This document shows positions 1 to 9,457 of a stretch of 24,925 nucleotides of DNA, one piece after another. The notes below the pieces were generated by a model. That model saw only the letters and a program-made list of their open reading frames with translations, searched no databases and had not been told where the DNA came from. A program made the position numbers and the translations under genes. Positions within the stretch are counted from its first letter, which is position 1. Each line of letters starts with the position of its first letter. The DNA is taken from assembly GCF_006345805.1 (NCBI RefSeq), contig NW_021836257.1, positions 1 through 24,925 of the forward strand. Direction: 5' to 3'. The DNA comes from Octopus sinensis. Taxonomy: Eukaryota.

Positions 1-40
<40 letters not shown>

Positions 41-43
41 ATA
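1..43. repeat. (CA)n(TA)n microsatellite
   Basis: Direct reading. Confidence 0.95.
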
Positions 44-221
44 TGATGAGTGTTAACTGAAATATTCCTGGCTTTAATGGCGTCACGAAAGGACTTGCAA
101 GAACTGAGGTACTGCTGCAATACGTGTGAATCTGAAAGGAGAATATGTTAAATAAAATCATAACTGATACTTCTGTTTTTTCTTTTACTCAAAGCCAGGA
201 ACTTTTCAGCATCCCCTCGTA
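42..221. mobile_element. mariner-type MITE, copy 1
   Basis: Right end AAAGCCAGGAACTTTTCAGCATCCCCTCGTA (191-221) is inverse to a decayed left end ...CTGAAATATTCCTGGCTTT. It sits in TA context. The interior (GTGTGAATCTG..AGAATATGTT.AATAAAATCATAA) matches 3593-3813. Confidence 0.75.
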
Positions 222-238
222 TATATTATATGCATACA

Positions 239-284
<46 letters not shown>

Positions 285-403
285 ATATATATATATGTTG
301 GTGTACATACATACATCTACATACATATATCTATCTGATATATATATATCTGTATCTATATCTATATCTATTTATCTATCTTTCTCTCTCTCTATATAAT
401 TTT

Positions 404-442
<39 letters not shown>

Positions 443-472
443 GTATGTATGTATATATGTGGTGTGTGTGTA
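222..472. repeat. compound (TA)/(TATC)/(TATG)/(TG) microsatellite
   Basis: Direct reading. Confidence 0.9.
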
Positions 473-963
473 TGTAAATACGTTATACATACGTTTACTT
501 ACTTGCACTAAACGATCTTTTCCCCATAAAAATATCTAAATATAGTTACAAATTATCGCTTAAATATATGAAAATCCACACATTTCAAAATGGAAGACAT
601 TAAAACACAGCAGCGATAATGAAAATTCGGTTAACATTTCCGCCGTCTGACTTGATTTATCTCATACTTTCATCTACCAAGTATTCTGTGCTGTCCGTTA
701 TCAGTTGTCAAATTAATATATATTTTTTTTATCTGTCTGGCATAAACATATTGGAGAGCAAATGGAGAATGTTAAAGTAAATATTCATATTATGGTCTAT
801 TATATTTAACTTGTTATGATATTTAAGCTGCATTATCGGCTGCGAATCTCGGCAGTCGTGGATCTAATTGCAACGAGGTCAATACTACTCTTTATCTCCC
901 TGTTGTCGATGAATAAAGTACCTGCCAATTAGTGTATTAATTGTTATTGTTCTTTTATTACTG

Positions 964-1228
964 TTTCTTCTTCTTCTTTTTCTTCTTCTTCTTCTCTTCT
1001 TCTTCTTCTTCTTCTTCTTCTTCTTCTTCTTCTGCCCCTTCCTCCTCCTTCTTGTCCTCCTTCTTCTTCTTCTTCTTCTGCCCCTTCCTCCTCCTTCTTG
1101 TCCTCCTTCTTCTTCTTCTTCTTCTTCTGCCCCTTCCTCCTCCTTCTTGTCCTCCTCCTCCTCCTCCTCCTCCTCCTTCTTCTTCTTCTTCTTCTTCTTC
1201 TTCTTCTTCTTCTTCTTCTTCTTCTTCT
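964..1228. repeat. (CTT)n/(CCT)n polypyrimidine tract with an internal 46-49 bp higher-order unit
   Basis: TGCCCCTTCCTCCTCCTTCTTGTCCTCC recurs at 1033, 1079 and 1128. Confidence 0.95.
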
Positions 1229-1366
1229 CAAAAATTGTTTTCGGTCAGAGAAAGATGATGCGGCACTATAAATATGGCAAAGGCATACCAGCTGTTACGA
1301 GGGGGCACCCTTACTTCTCCTCCTGTACTTGTGTGCACAAGACAAGATAATTCATATCTCTCTCTT

Positions 1367-1532
<166 letters not shown>

Positions 1533-1861
1533 CAGCCTATGAGCCCATAATGTCAGAAAAGATAAGCACTCGTATATCTCTCAATAGATTTGTGATATAT
1601 CAAACTACTCAGTTTTATTGACCCATCGCAGCGGCTATCATCAATTGTTTTCGCGCTGGATATTAGGTAATCGGAAGAGTCACTAGAAACCAAGCTCTTC
1701 AGAGATGAGAGGTATGAAAAAAGTAGCGAATAAGTTTGCCATTGTTTTTTGATACTTGGCATCTCCAACAACCATAAGTTTTAGATAAGCATGCAACTAA
1801 TAATCTTCGGCACGAAAAGAGTTGATATGATCGTCAATAATATCTCTCGCTCTCTCTCTCT

Positions 1862-2130
1862 GTATATATATATTCGTAAAAACGGTAAGATAACAAAAGA
1901 AAGAGACCTCAATATTATGTAAATAGAGGAATTTGTCTGTAAATATAAAATGGGACAATTATTCGGTAGCCAAGATAAAACTCTGAGTTTCGGATGCCGA
2001 GGTGGAAATTCATGCCGCTATCTCTTCAGTTATCCGGATAACTAAAGAGATGGCAGCGTGGATTTCCACCTCGGCATCCGAAACTCAGAGTTTATCTTGG
2101 CTACCGAATAATTGTCACATATTACACTTA
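1862..2130. mobile_element. inverted pair of probable Penelope-like pseudo-LTR fragments forming a loopless palindrome (arms ~1950-2035 / 2036-2120)
   Basis: The arms are reverse complements about TCC|GGA and each carries a minimal hammerhead motif. Inverted pLTRs with minimal hammerheads are a known Penelope hallmark. (TA)n lies on both sides. Confidence 0.65.
1973..2035 (-). ncRNA. minimal type-I hammerhead ribozyme motif
   Basis: Minus strand reads GGAUAA-CUGAAGA-GAU..AUCC-GAAA-CU-CAG-AG-U-U-UUAUCU. Stem I is GGAUAA/UUAUCU, the CUGANGA and GAAA cores are intact, stem III is 3 bp, and the cleavage triplet is GUU. The base of stem II is imperfect. Confidence 0.6.
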
Positions 2131-2214
2131 GAAATATATATATATATATATGTATATCTATATATCTATCTATATATATATGTAATATGCGCGCGCGCAT
2201 GTATGTATGTATCC

Positions 2215-2262
<48 letters not shown>

Positions 2263-2710
2263 TCTCACACGGGCATAAATGATATATAGTATATAAATTT
2301 ATAGGAACATATATAAGCAAACACTATAAAACATATTCCTTGTTGGTATGAAGAATATCTGATATGAGATTATTATTTCCAGGGTTATTAACCCATCTTA
2401 ATTTAAAGAAATATTTACAATATTTATATCGATACTTCCAGTATTGAACTGAATATTAAAAACCTGTTAGAGATCAGAGATCGAAATGATAGAAAAGAGA
2501 TACTTATTTTTAATATTGGAGCAAGACACAAATATTTTAATATTGATAGAAAGGCATAAATTTCTCTTACAGATTCTGTGGTACACAGTCTATTGAAGGA
2601 TATGCATATGTGTGTATATATATGTGTGTGTATATATATGTGTGTGTGTGTATTCTTATTGAAGGTTATGTATGTATATATGTATGTGTGTATGTGCGTA
2701 TGTATCTACA

Positions 2711-2855
2711 TGGTAAGAAGCTTGTTTCCTAACCAAATGGTTCTGGTTTCGGTTGCCATGCGTTGCAGTTTGGACAAGCGTCTTCTACTATAGACTCGAG
2801 TTTACCAAAGCCTTGTGAGTGGATTTAGTAGACGGAAACCGAAAGAAGCCCGTCG

Positions 2856-2887
<32 letters not shown>

Positions 2888-3170
2888 GAAATACATATAT
2901 GTATGTATATATATATATCTATCTATGTATATGTGTGTGTGTGTCTTTGTGTCTGTTTTTGTCCCCACCAGTGCCTGACAACCGATGTTCGTGTGTTAAC
3001 GTCTCTGTAACTTAACGATTCGGCAGAAGAGACCGATTGAATAATTACCGTTCTTTAAAGTCATAGAGTCGAGTAAACCCTAGGCTTCATTTCTTCGACT
3101 ATAATACTTAATGGCGGTGCTACAGCATGGCTGCAGTCAAATATCTAAAACAATTCAGAGATAAAAGATA
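2711..3170 (+). mobile_element. tRNA-derived SINE family A (5'-clipped) with internal microsatellite
   Basis: Colinear with copies at 10427 and 18850: TGGTAAGAAGCTTG head, ACCAAAGCCTTGTGAGTGGATTT..GAAAGAAGCCCGTCG, a (TA/TG)n insert, and the tail GGCGGTGCT.CAGCATGGC.GCAGTCAAAT. Confidence 0.85.
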
Positions 3171-3189
3171 TAGATCACATATATATAGA

Positions 3190-3248
3190 GGCATAGGAGT
3201 GACTGTGTGGTAAGTAGCTTGCTTTCGAACCACATGGTTTCGGGTTCA
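3190..3248 (+). mobile_element. SINE family A tRNA-like head only
   Basis: GGCATAGGAGTGACTGTGTGGTAAG (A-box-like) ... CGGGTTCA (start of B box); truncated where the Tc1 remnant begins. Confidence 0.8.
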
Positions 3249-3249
3249 T

Positions 3250-3562
3250 GTTGACCTAAGCGGGTTGCTGTTGATTCCTTTACTTTGCTGGTGGATTGTA
3301 ATTTACTCTATTGAGAGCCAAGTGGAATTTCAAGGTCTTGTCCAATTTCAGCTAGTGAAGACCCGCATTGTTTCCTCTTTGAAAATCAGACAACGCTTTG
3401 CTTCCGGTGTCGAAGCATGTTTAGTTTCTTTAAACAATTAAGATACCGTAATCATTAAATGAAAAATTATAATACAGTAACAAGTCTGAGGCCTCAGGAA
3501 GGGCCTGCATCAGTAAAAAGGTATTATGAGGTGTGTCTATTTAATTTTGAGATGCCCCCACA
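3250..3562 (-). mobile_element. Tc1-like transposon 5' remnant (frameshifted transposase N-terminus)
   Basis: Minus-strand ATG at 3418. The pieces MLRHR / LSDFQRG / QCGSSLAEIGQDLEIP / STATRLGQ, read across frameshifts, fit the Tc1 N-terminal HTH pattern LSDFxRG..G.S..EI...L.IP...RSGRP. A TIR-like end lies near 3535-3562. Confidence 0.6.
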
Positions 3563-3592
3563 CACACATCTGACACCAAAGATAAATATATA

Positions 3593-3810
3593 TACGAGTG
3601 GGGATGCTGAAAACTTCCTAGCTTTAAGGGTATCACGAAAGATCTGATTGGAGGCCCAAAATTCTTAGTATTTCTACAGGGCTTCGAAAAGTTGAAGGAC
3701 CGTTGCAGTTAGTGTGTGAATCTGGGAAGAGAACATGTTGAATAAAATCATAATTAACTCATCCTATTGCATTTACTTTTACCCAGAGTCAGGAACTTTT
3801 CATCATCCTT

Positions 3811-3813
<3 letters not shown>
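3593..3813. mobile_element. mariner-type MITE, copy 2
   Basis: Left TIR TACGAGTGGGGATGCTGAAAACTTCCTAGCTTT versus right AGAGTCAGGAACTTTTCATCATCCTTTGT; homologous to 42-221. Confidence 0.75.
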
Positions 3814-3856
<43 letters not shown>

Positions 3857-3869
3857 TAGGTGATTGACC

Positions 3870-4045
3870 GCTATCCCCTAAAGCTTTTTTTATTCTCTCT
3901 CTGTTTATTTTATCGTGTTCCTTTCTGTTGAAAAACGTAGCCTCCAAACGTAAAAGACTTTCTCACCTGCCCGAGCGTTAAACTAATACACCTGTTTGTT
4001 GTTTACACACCTGTCTTCGTCTTTTGTTTTTTGTAAATTCCAACT

Positions 4046-4046
<1 letters not shown>
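3870..4046 (+). mobile_element. probable decayed interspersed repeat (Penelope-pLTR-like)
   Basis: Lies between (TA)n tracts and resembles an octopus repeat I recall. TTGAAAAACGTAGCCTCCAAACGTA could be a decayed hammerhead core. There is no second copy in the window. Confidence 0.3.
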
Positions 4047-4171
<125 letters not shown>

Positions 4172-4483
4172 CGGGTTTCAAAACGAAGCATCATAGATCA
4201 CCAGAATTTGCCTGGTGCTCTCTAATACACGGAGGTGACAAATACGACCCTTCTTTATTTCACTGCTGGTGCGAGCACATATGCAACAGTTAGAAATCTT
4301 TACACGATAACAATAACAACAATGGAAGCAACATCAAAACCCAAAATATAAATCAATATAAACCAAAGCTTCTAATGTTGATGCACAGAACAGTAAACGA
4401 CCGAAAATCTAAACTGGATTCTACCCTCCGCCATTAGCCCCACCTCCACCACCTTCCTTTCAGCTACATTAATATCAGTATTA

Positions 4484-4534
<51 letters not shown>

Positions 4535-4538
<4 letters not shown>

Positions 4539-4981
4539 ACACAGACAGAGAAATTAAGGCCAACAGACCATATATAGTTGTCAGAGACAATGAAGAAAAA
4601 AAAATGCTTTCTAATTGATGTATCAATACCGGCTGATGACAACGTGTCTCTAAAAGAAATGGAGAAGAAACTCTCAAAATACAAAGACCTGGAAAGAGGT
4701 AACCAGAATGTGGAATCTAAAAACTGAAAACATTCCTATCATAGTAGGTGCATTAGGCATGATAAAAAAATATTCAGACAAATACATAACAAAAACACCA
4801 GGACTTACAAACACATATAACATACAGAAAATTGCACTACTAGGCACTGCACACATCCTACGCAGAACACTTTCCATACAATAACCATCAGAGATCACAA
4901 CAAATCACAGCACATACCCAAGGCACACAGAGCTGCGCTCGGTAGTGAAGTGAAAGCACGATATAAAAATAAAACTACTGA

Positions 4982-4983
<2 letters not shown>
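4535..4983 (+). mobile_element. 5'-truncated R4/Dong-like non-LTR retrotransposon (restriction-like endonuclease domain + 3' UTR)
   Basis: Across frameshifts it reads IHTDREIKANRP(Y)IVVRDNEEKK/CFLIDVSIPADDNVSLKEMEK/LSKYKDLE/VTRMWNLKTENIPIIVGALGMIKK...IQKIALLGTAHILRRTLSIQ* (stop 4882-4884). This matches the RLE motifs RPD..D..K.KY.DL..PIIVGALG. (AAT)n flanks it at 4485-4537 and 4984-5039. Confidence 0.9.
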
Positions 4984-5036
<53 letters not shown>

Positions 5037-5039
5037 TAA

Positions 5040-5371
5040 TCATCATCATCATCAATGGAATTTACTATGCTACGCCAGACTTCACGGTCCATCATAGCAT
5101 TACGGAGGTCCTGTTGCTGGATGCCTGTATCCCTGGAGATTACATCAGGGTAGGAGAGTGTGCGCCCTCTGGTATTGCGAGTAGATGGCTTCCAGAGGAG
5201 AAGAGTAGAAATTACCTCTTTTTCAGCTCTACAACAATGTCCAGCAAACTGGACCCTCCTACCTTTCACAAGAGATGACACAGGTGGTAGTTTCCCATAT
5301 ATTGGCATTTTGGTTGGATGGCGCTTCCACGAGAGATTTTGAGCTCTCATAAGGAGGCGAGTGTAGGTTCC

Positions 5372-5372
<1 letters not shown>
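5040..5372 (-). mobile_element. RTE-clade LINE 3' fragment with (GAT)n tail
   Basis: Encodes GTYTRLLMRAQNLSW...RRVQFAGHCCR...LLLWKP...RGR..SYPDVISRD...AMMDREVWR, a typical RTE C-terminus. About 98% identical to 6261-6580. Confidence 0.9.
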
Positions 5373-5430
<58 letters not shown>

Positions 5431-5477
5431 TATAGTAATAATAATTATAATAATTATTATTATAGTAATAATAATAA
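5373..5477. repeat. (AAT)n microsatellite
   Basis: Direct reading. Confidence 0.95.
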
Positions 5478-5629
5478 GTAAAAAACAATTAAAAATGGGT
5501 GAAAGGATATTAACACCTTTTATGTATTTTCGAGCTGATGGGAATTCGTAATCAAAAGATATAAAAAAATAAACTCCTTGGAAAATATATAAATAATATA
5601 GAAATACTAGAACTATAACATTAAATAAA

Positions 5630-5727
<98 letters not shown>
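5630..5727. repeat. perfect (TATC)n microsatellite
   Basis: Direct reading, about 24 units. Confidence 0.95.
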
Positions 5728-5728
<1 letters not shown>

Positions 5729-6019
5729 ATATTCAGATGAATGGGGTACTTAAGTTGAGGCATCAGAATTTAGTACGGTACTATCCGTACAATTTCCAAA
5801 TAAGGTGATTAAAATCCAAATAAGCAACAAGGATATCCAGAGGTAATGCAGTACGATTGTTTAATGTAACGCACAGTCGAGGGCCCAGCTCAAAAACGCT
5901 CGGCAGGTCTTAGTAAGACAGTTCGTTAAACACTGCTCCACTCAGCATGAGTGTCCACATCAGCTGTAGGTCAAGTTTCTAACTGACTGGTGTCAATCCG
6001 ATCCTTGTTGCTTATTTTG

Positions 6020-6051
<32 letters not shown>

Positions 6052-6056
<5 letters not shown>

Positions 6057-6612
6057 TGGATCATACATATCATCATCTGGAAAAGACTTTCTAACTAGAA
6101 AGGGTATGGCCTGATCAGCCTGTAATGACATGCATAAGATCTGGTCATCAAATCTAAGTAGAGACTTCAAACTCGAAATCTTCAAAGCCACAGTCGAACC
6201 AATTCTACTATATGGCTCAGAAACCTGGACGTTATCAAAGAAGCTTGAGAGGCGGTTGGATGGAACCTACACTCGCCTCCTCATGAGAGCTCAAAATCTC
6301 TCGTGGAGGCGCCATCCAACCAAAATGCAAATATATGGGAAACTACCAACTGTGTCATCTCTTGTGAAAGGTAGGAGAGTCCAGTTTGCTGGACATTGTT
6401 GTAGAGCTGAAAAAGAGGTAATTTCTACTCTTCTCCTCTGGAAGCCATCTACTCGCAATACCAGAGGGCGCACACTCTCCTACCCTGATGTAATCTCCAG
6501 GGATACATGCATCCAGCAACAGGACCTCCGTAATGCTATGATGGACCGTGAAGTCTGGCGTAACATAGTAAATTCCATTGTCTCGACCACGGTCGAACAA
6601 TGATGATGATGA
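6052..6612 (+). mobile_element. 5'-truncated RTE-clade LINE (end of RT/thumb domain to C-terminus) with (TGA)n tail
   Basis: YLGSYISSSGKDFLTRKGMA*SACNDMHKIWSS...EPILLYGSETWTL...FAGH...DREVWR...EQ* carries the YLG and LLYGSETW motifs. It has an in-frame TGA at 6112-6114, stops at 6603, and is inserted in (TA)n. Confidence 0.92.
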
Positions 6613-6628
6613 TATATATATATATATA

Positions 6629-7127
6629 TATGGTTGAGGAATATTTCATGAGCGCTTTTGAAAGTTAATCGCTTTTTTATTCGTTTATTTGAATTGACTA
6701 TAATATATATATATATATGTGCCCGTGTGTGTTTGTTTGTGTGTATATATATGCATGTATGTATGTCCTTAAGGCCAAAATTCCCATTTTTGAAGCGGGA
6801 AAACCAACGGTGAGCGGTGCTTTGAGGCATTGCACCTGCTTCATGCACACCACAAATCCCACGAGCAGCTTCGGTGACTTTAACACCTCGATTAAATGTA
6901 AAAAGCAAATAGTGTCAAAAATGCTCAGTTTTGTCTCCTTGACAGTTCATATTAATGATTTCAAGATAAACAAGAATCAATATAATTTTAAAAATCAAAA
7001 CACACTATCTTTCAGAACAAAAAAATTCTCTTTTAAATAACATAAGACATTTTACCAATGCGTTTTATATCTGCGTGCACATTTAAATTTGAAAGAAAAG
7101 GGTCATGAAGTATTCCTCAACCCAATA
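6629..7127 (-). mobile_element. internally deleted mariner element with both TIRs
   Basis: TIRs are TATGGTTGAGGAATATTTCATGA (6629-) and TCATGAAGTATTCCTCAACCCAATA (-7127). Minus-strand 6950-6765 reads MNCQGDKTEHF*HYLLFTFNRGVKVTEAARGICGVHEAGAMPQSTAHRWFSRFKNGNFGLKD, a Mos1/SETMAR-like N-terminal HTH. Confidence 0.88.
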
Positions 7128-7210
7128 CACGCACACGCACACACAAACACACACACACACACAAACACACACAACGCACAACATACATATACGTATATGA
7201 ATATATATAA

Positions 7211-7500
7211 GTGGCTATATGGTAAGACGCTTGCTTACCAACCACAAAGTTCCGGGTTCAATCCCACTGCGTGGCACCTTGGGCAAGTGTCTTCTATTAT
7301 TGTCTCGGGCCTACCAAAGCCTTCCGAGTGGATTTGGTTGATGGAAACTGAAAGAAGCCCGATATATATATATAATATATATATAATATATGTATGTATG
7401 TATGTATGCATGTATGTATGTATGTATGTAAAATGTATGTATGTATGTATGTATGTCATATATGTATGTATGTATGTATTTGTGTGTCTGTGTTTGTTTC
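7211..7500 (+). mobile_element. SINE family A, 5' half plus (TA)/(TATG) insert
   Basis: GTGGCTATATGGTAAG A box, GGGTTCAATCCC B box, GGCACCTTGGGCAAGTGTCTT core-like segment, then GAAAGAAGCCCG followed by microsatellite. Confidence 0.85.
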
Positions 7501-7770
7501 ACACCAATAATAATTTGTGCACTAGGTTTCATTAGTAAATGCTTAAAGGAGAATCTGGATAAACTGGGATTCTCAGAAAGAAAAATCGACTGGGTGATAC
7601 GTGCATTACATGTCCAGTCTGTGAGTAGAACGATAAAAATATGCAAGACTTTTCTGAAGTTTCAAATGTGAATTGGTCTGTGTTAACTACATCCCAATGA
7701 TGGGGCGTTGGATCTTTGGTGAAAACCGACTCGAGCTTCAGTGGAAGATTATAGTAATTAAAATATAGAA
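7498..7770 (+). mobile_element. 3' end of a second RLE-type non-LTR retrotransposon
   Basis: FTPIIICALGFISKCLKENLDKLGFSERKIDWVIRALHVQSVSRTIKICKTFLKFQM* (stop at 7671) resembles the RLE C-terminal PIIxGALG..L..LG..I..LQ....GT..I pattern. The 3' UTR boundary is approximate. Confidence 0.65.
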
Positions 7771-7793
7771 GACTCATACATGCATACACATTC

Positions 7794-7841
<48 letters not shown>

Positions 7842-8224
7842 ATTATATATGTGGAATTATTTCTTTAAAAAGAAATTAACTTTCTGATTCTGCTTGACAA
7901 ATATGTTGTGAAAAGCGTGAACACCTGAAGTATATTAGATTTCTAAATCAGGGATAAACGATTATGTTCTAAATACTGGGTTGTATAAAAGGGTTGTAAA
8001 ATTGGTAAAATATCTTTGCAACTGGCTTATTCTATTTTGTTGTGATTTTATTAAACTGTGTGTTCAAATTCCGTCGGAATCATCTTTGCCTTACATCAGC
8101 CCATGATTGATAGTATACCAGTCATTAACTCTGGTTTATTCGCTTCGACTTGCTGCTTCAACTCCATCTTTTTGCTTGATGGGATTGGGGGTCATTCCAA
8201 ATTAATGGTCCCAGAAGAGCCATC

Positions 8225-8400
8225 ATGCGTGGATCCGGCCAGGCCAACCAGTGCTCTCCATCGCTGGGAGTCCCGTGCCAGCCCCTGCATCCTCCAAGGG
8301 TATGTCGAATATCTGGAGATCTTCCTCAATCACACCCATCCATCTGACGTGGGACCTGCTACGAGGCCTCTTCCAGTCCATCGCTTCTGTATCTAATGAG
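8225..8400 (-). mobile_element. old RTE-like LINE 3' fragment
   Basis: DWKRPRSRSHVRWMGVIEEDL matches the RTE C-terminal W(K)RPRGRP..RW.D.I..DL motif. Confidence 0.6.
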
Positions 8401-8723
8401 AATAAACCCTGGTGGGGTTTATTTAGTCGACTATAATATCCAACCCCCAAATCTTGTGTTTAAATACCACCGGGGTCAACTTTGCCGTACATAATTCCGC
8501 GTTTGATAAAACAATATATCATATATTCATCTGGAGGATTATTTAACCAACTATGTGATTCTCATAATTTGGAAACACATGTATGTGTTAAAATCCAACC
8601 ATTTTTTATCCTGGCAAGGACTATGGAGCAAATCGAAGTATCATAATAAACTTTATAAAACAGAAATTAAACATCGGGTACTCGTTATTCCTGTCCTTGA
8701 AAGCTCTCTGTCCCGCCGGATAG

Positions 8724-8848
8724 GACACCAGTCAGTTGGAAAATTGACCTACAGCTGATGTGGATACTCATGTTGAGTGGAGCAATGTTTGACGAACTGT
8801 CTTACACAAGACCTGCCGTGTGTTTTTGAGCTGGGCCGTCGACTGTGC
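8724..8848. repeat. ~125-bp segment duplicated in inverted orientation at 5871-5994
   Basis: About 11 differences in ~124 nt. It contains TGAGTGGAGCAATG..TGTCTT, reminiscent of the family D SINE core. Confidence 0.8.
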
Positions 8849-9457
8849 ATTTTTTAGCTGGACCCTCGACTTCATAATACAAAGAATTGATTTTTGCATC
8901 ATCTTTCTGGCATATATTTTATATTTTGTTTCGTTATATAAACGTGGAATTAATCGATATTTTTATGGTAATACCAGGGTATGTGGCTTCGTTTGAAAGC
9001 TTATATACATTCCTTGATTTTTAAATACGTTCATTGTTATGACAGCAAAACTATATTTTATGTATAATTTTATGTCAAGTAAGTTTGATAATTTTGAAGT
9101 AATTATTACCTTTTTTTTCATTCAAATATATATTCACAGAATTTATACTTCGTATATGAAATAATAAATCAAGAATCTAGTACTAATATTACAGGGTATA
9201 AAAACAGTTTGAATTGTCCATAAATTATGATAGATGACATATGCAAAAGTTTTGTTGTTGAAAAATTTTCCAAACATAACTTTTAGTATTTTGTTATAAA
9301 TAAATATATGCGACCAACGTAATACATATGTACACCTATAGAAGCGTCAGGTAACTCACTGGGTCACATAAGGCAATTTATGTTTCCGCTTTCAGAAGCA
9401 TTAGGGCATTCATAGGGTTGCATAAAGCACTTTAAAAATGTGAGTAATGTTGAAAAT

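Noticed and set aside
3925-3960. Third functional hammerhead
   Set aside because: The core positions are broken (TTGAAAA instead of CUGANGA, CAAAC instead of GAAAC); at most a relic.
6130-6603. Standalone 157-aa gene
   Set aside because: It is the C-terminus of a 5'-truncated RTE ORF with an upstream in-frame stop; the ATG is internal.
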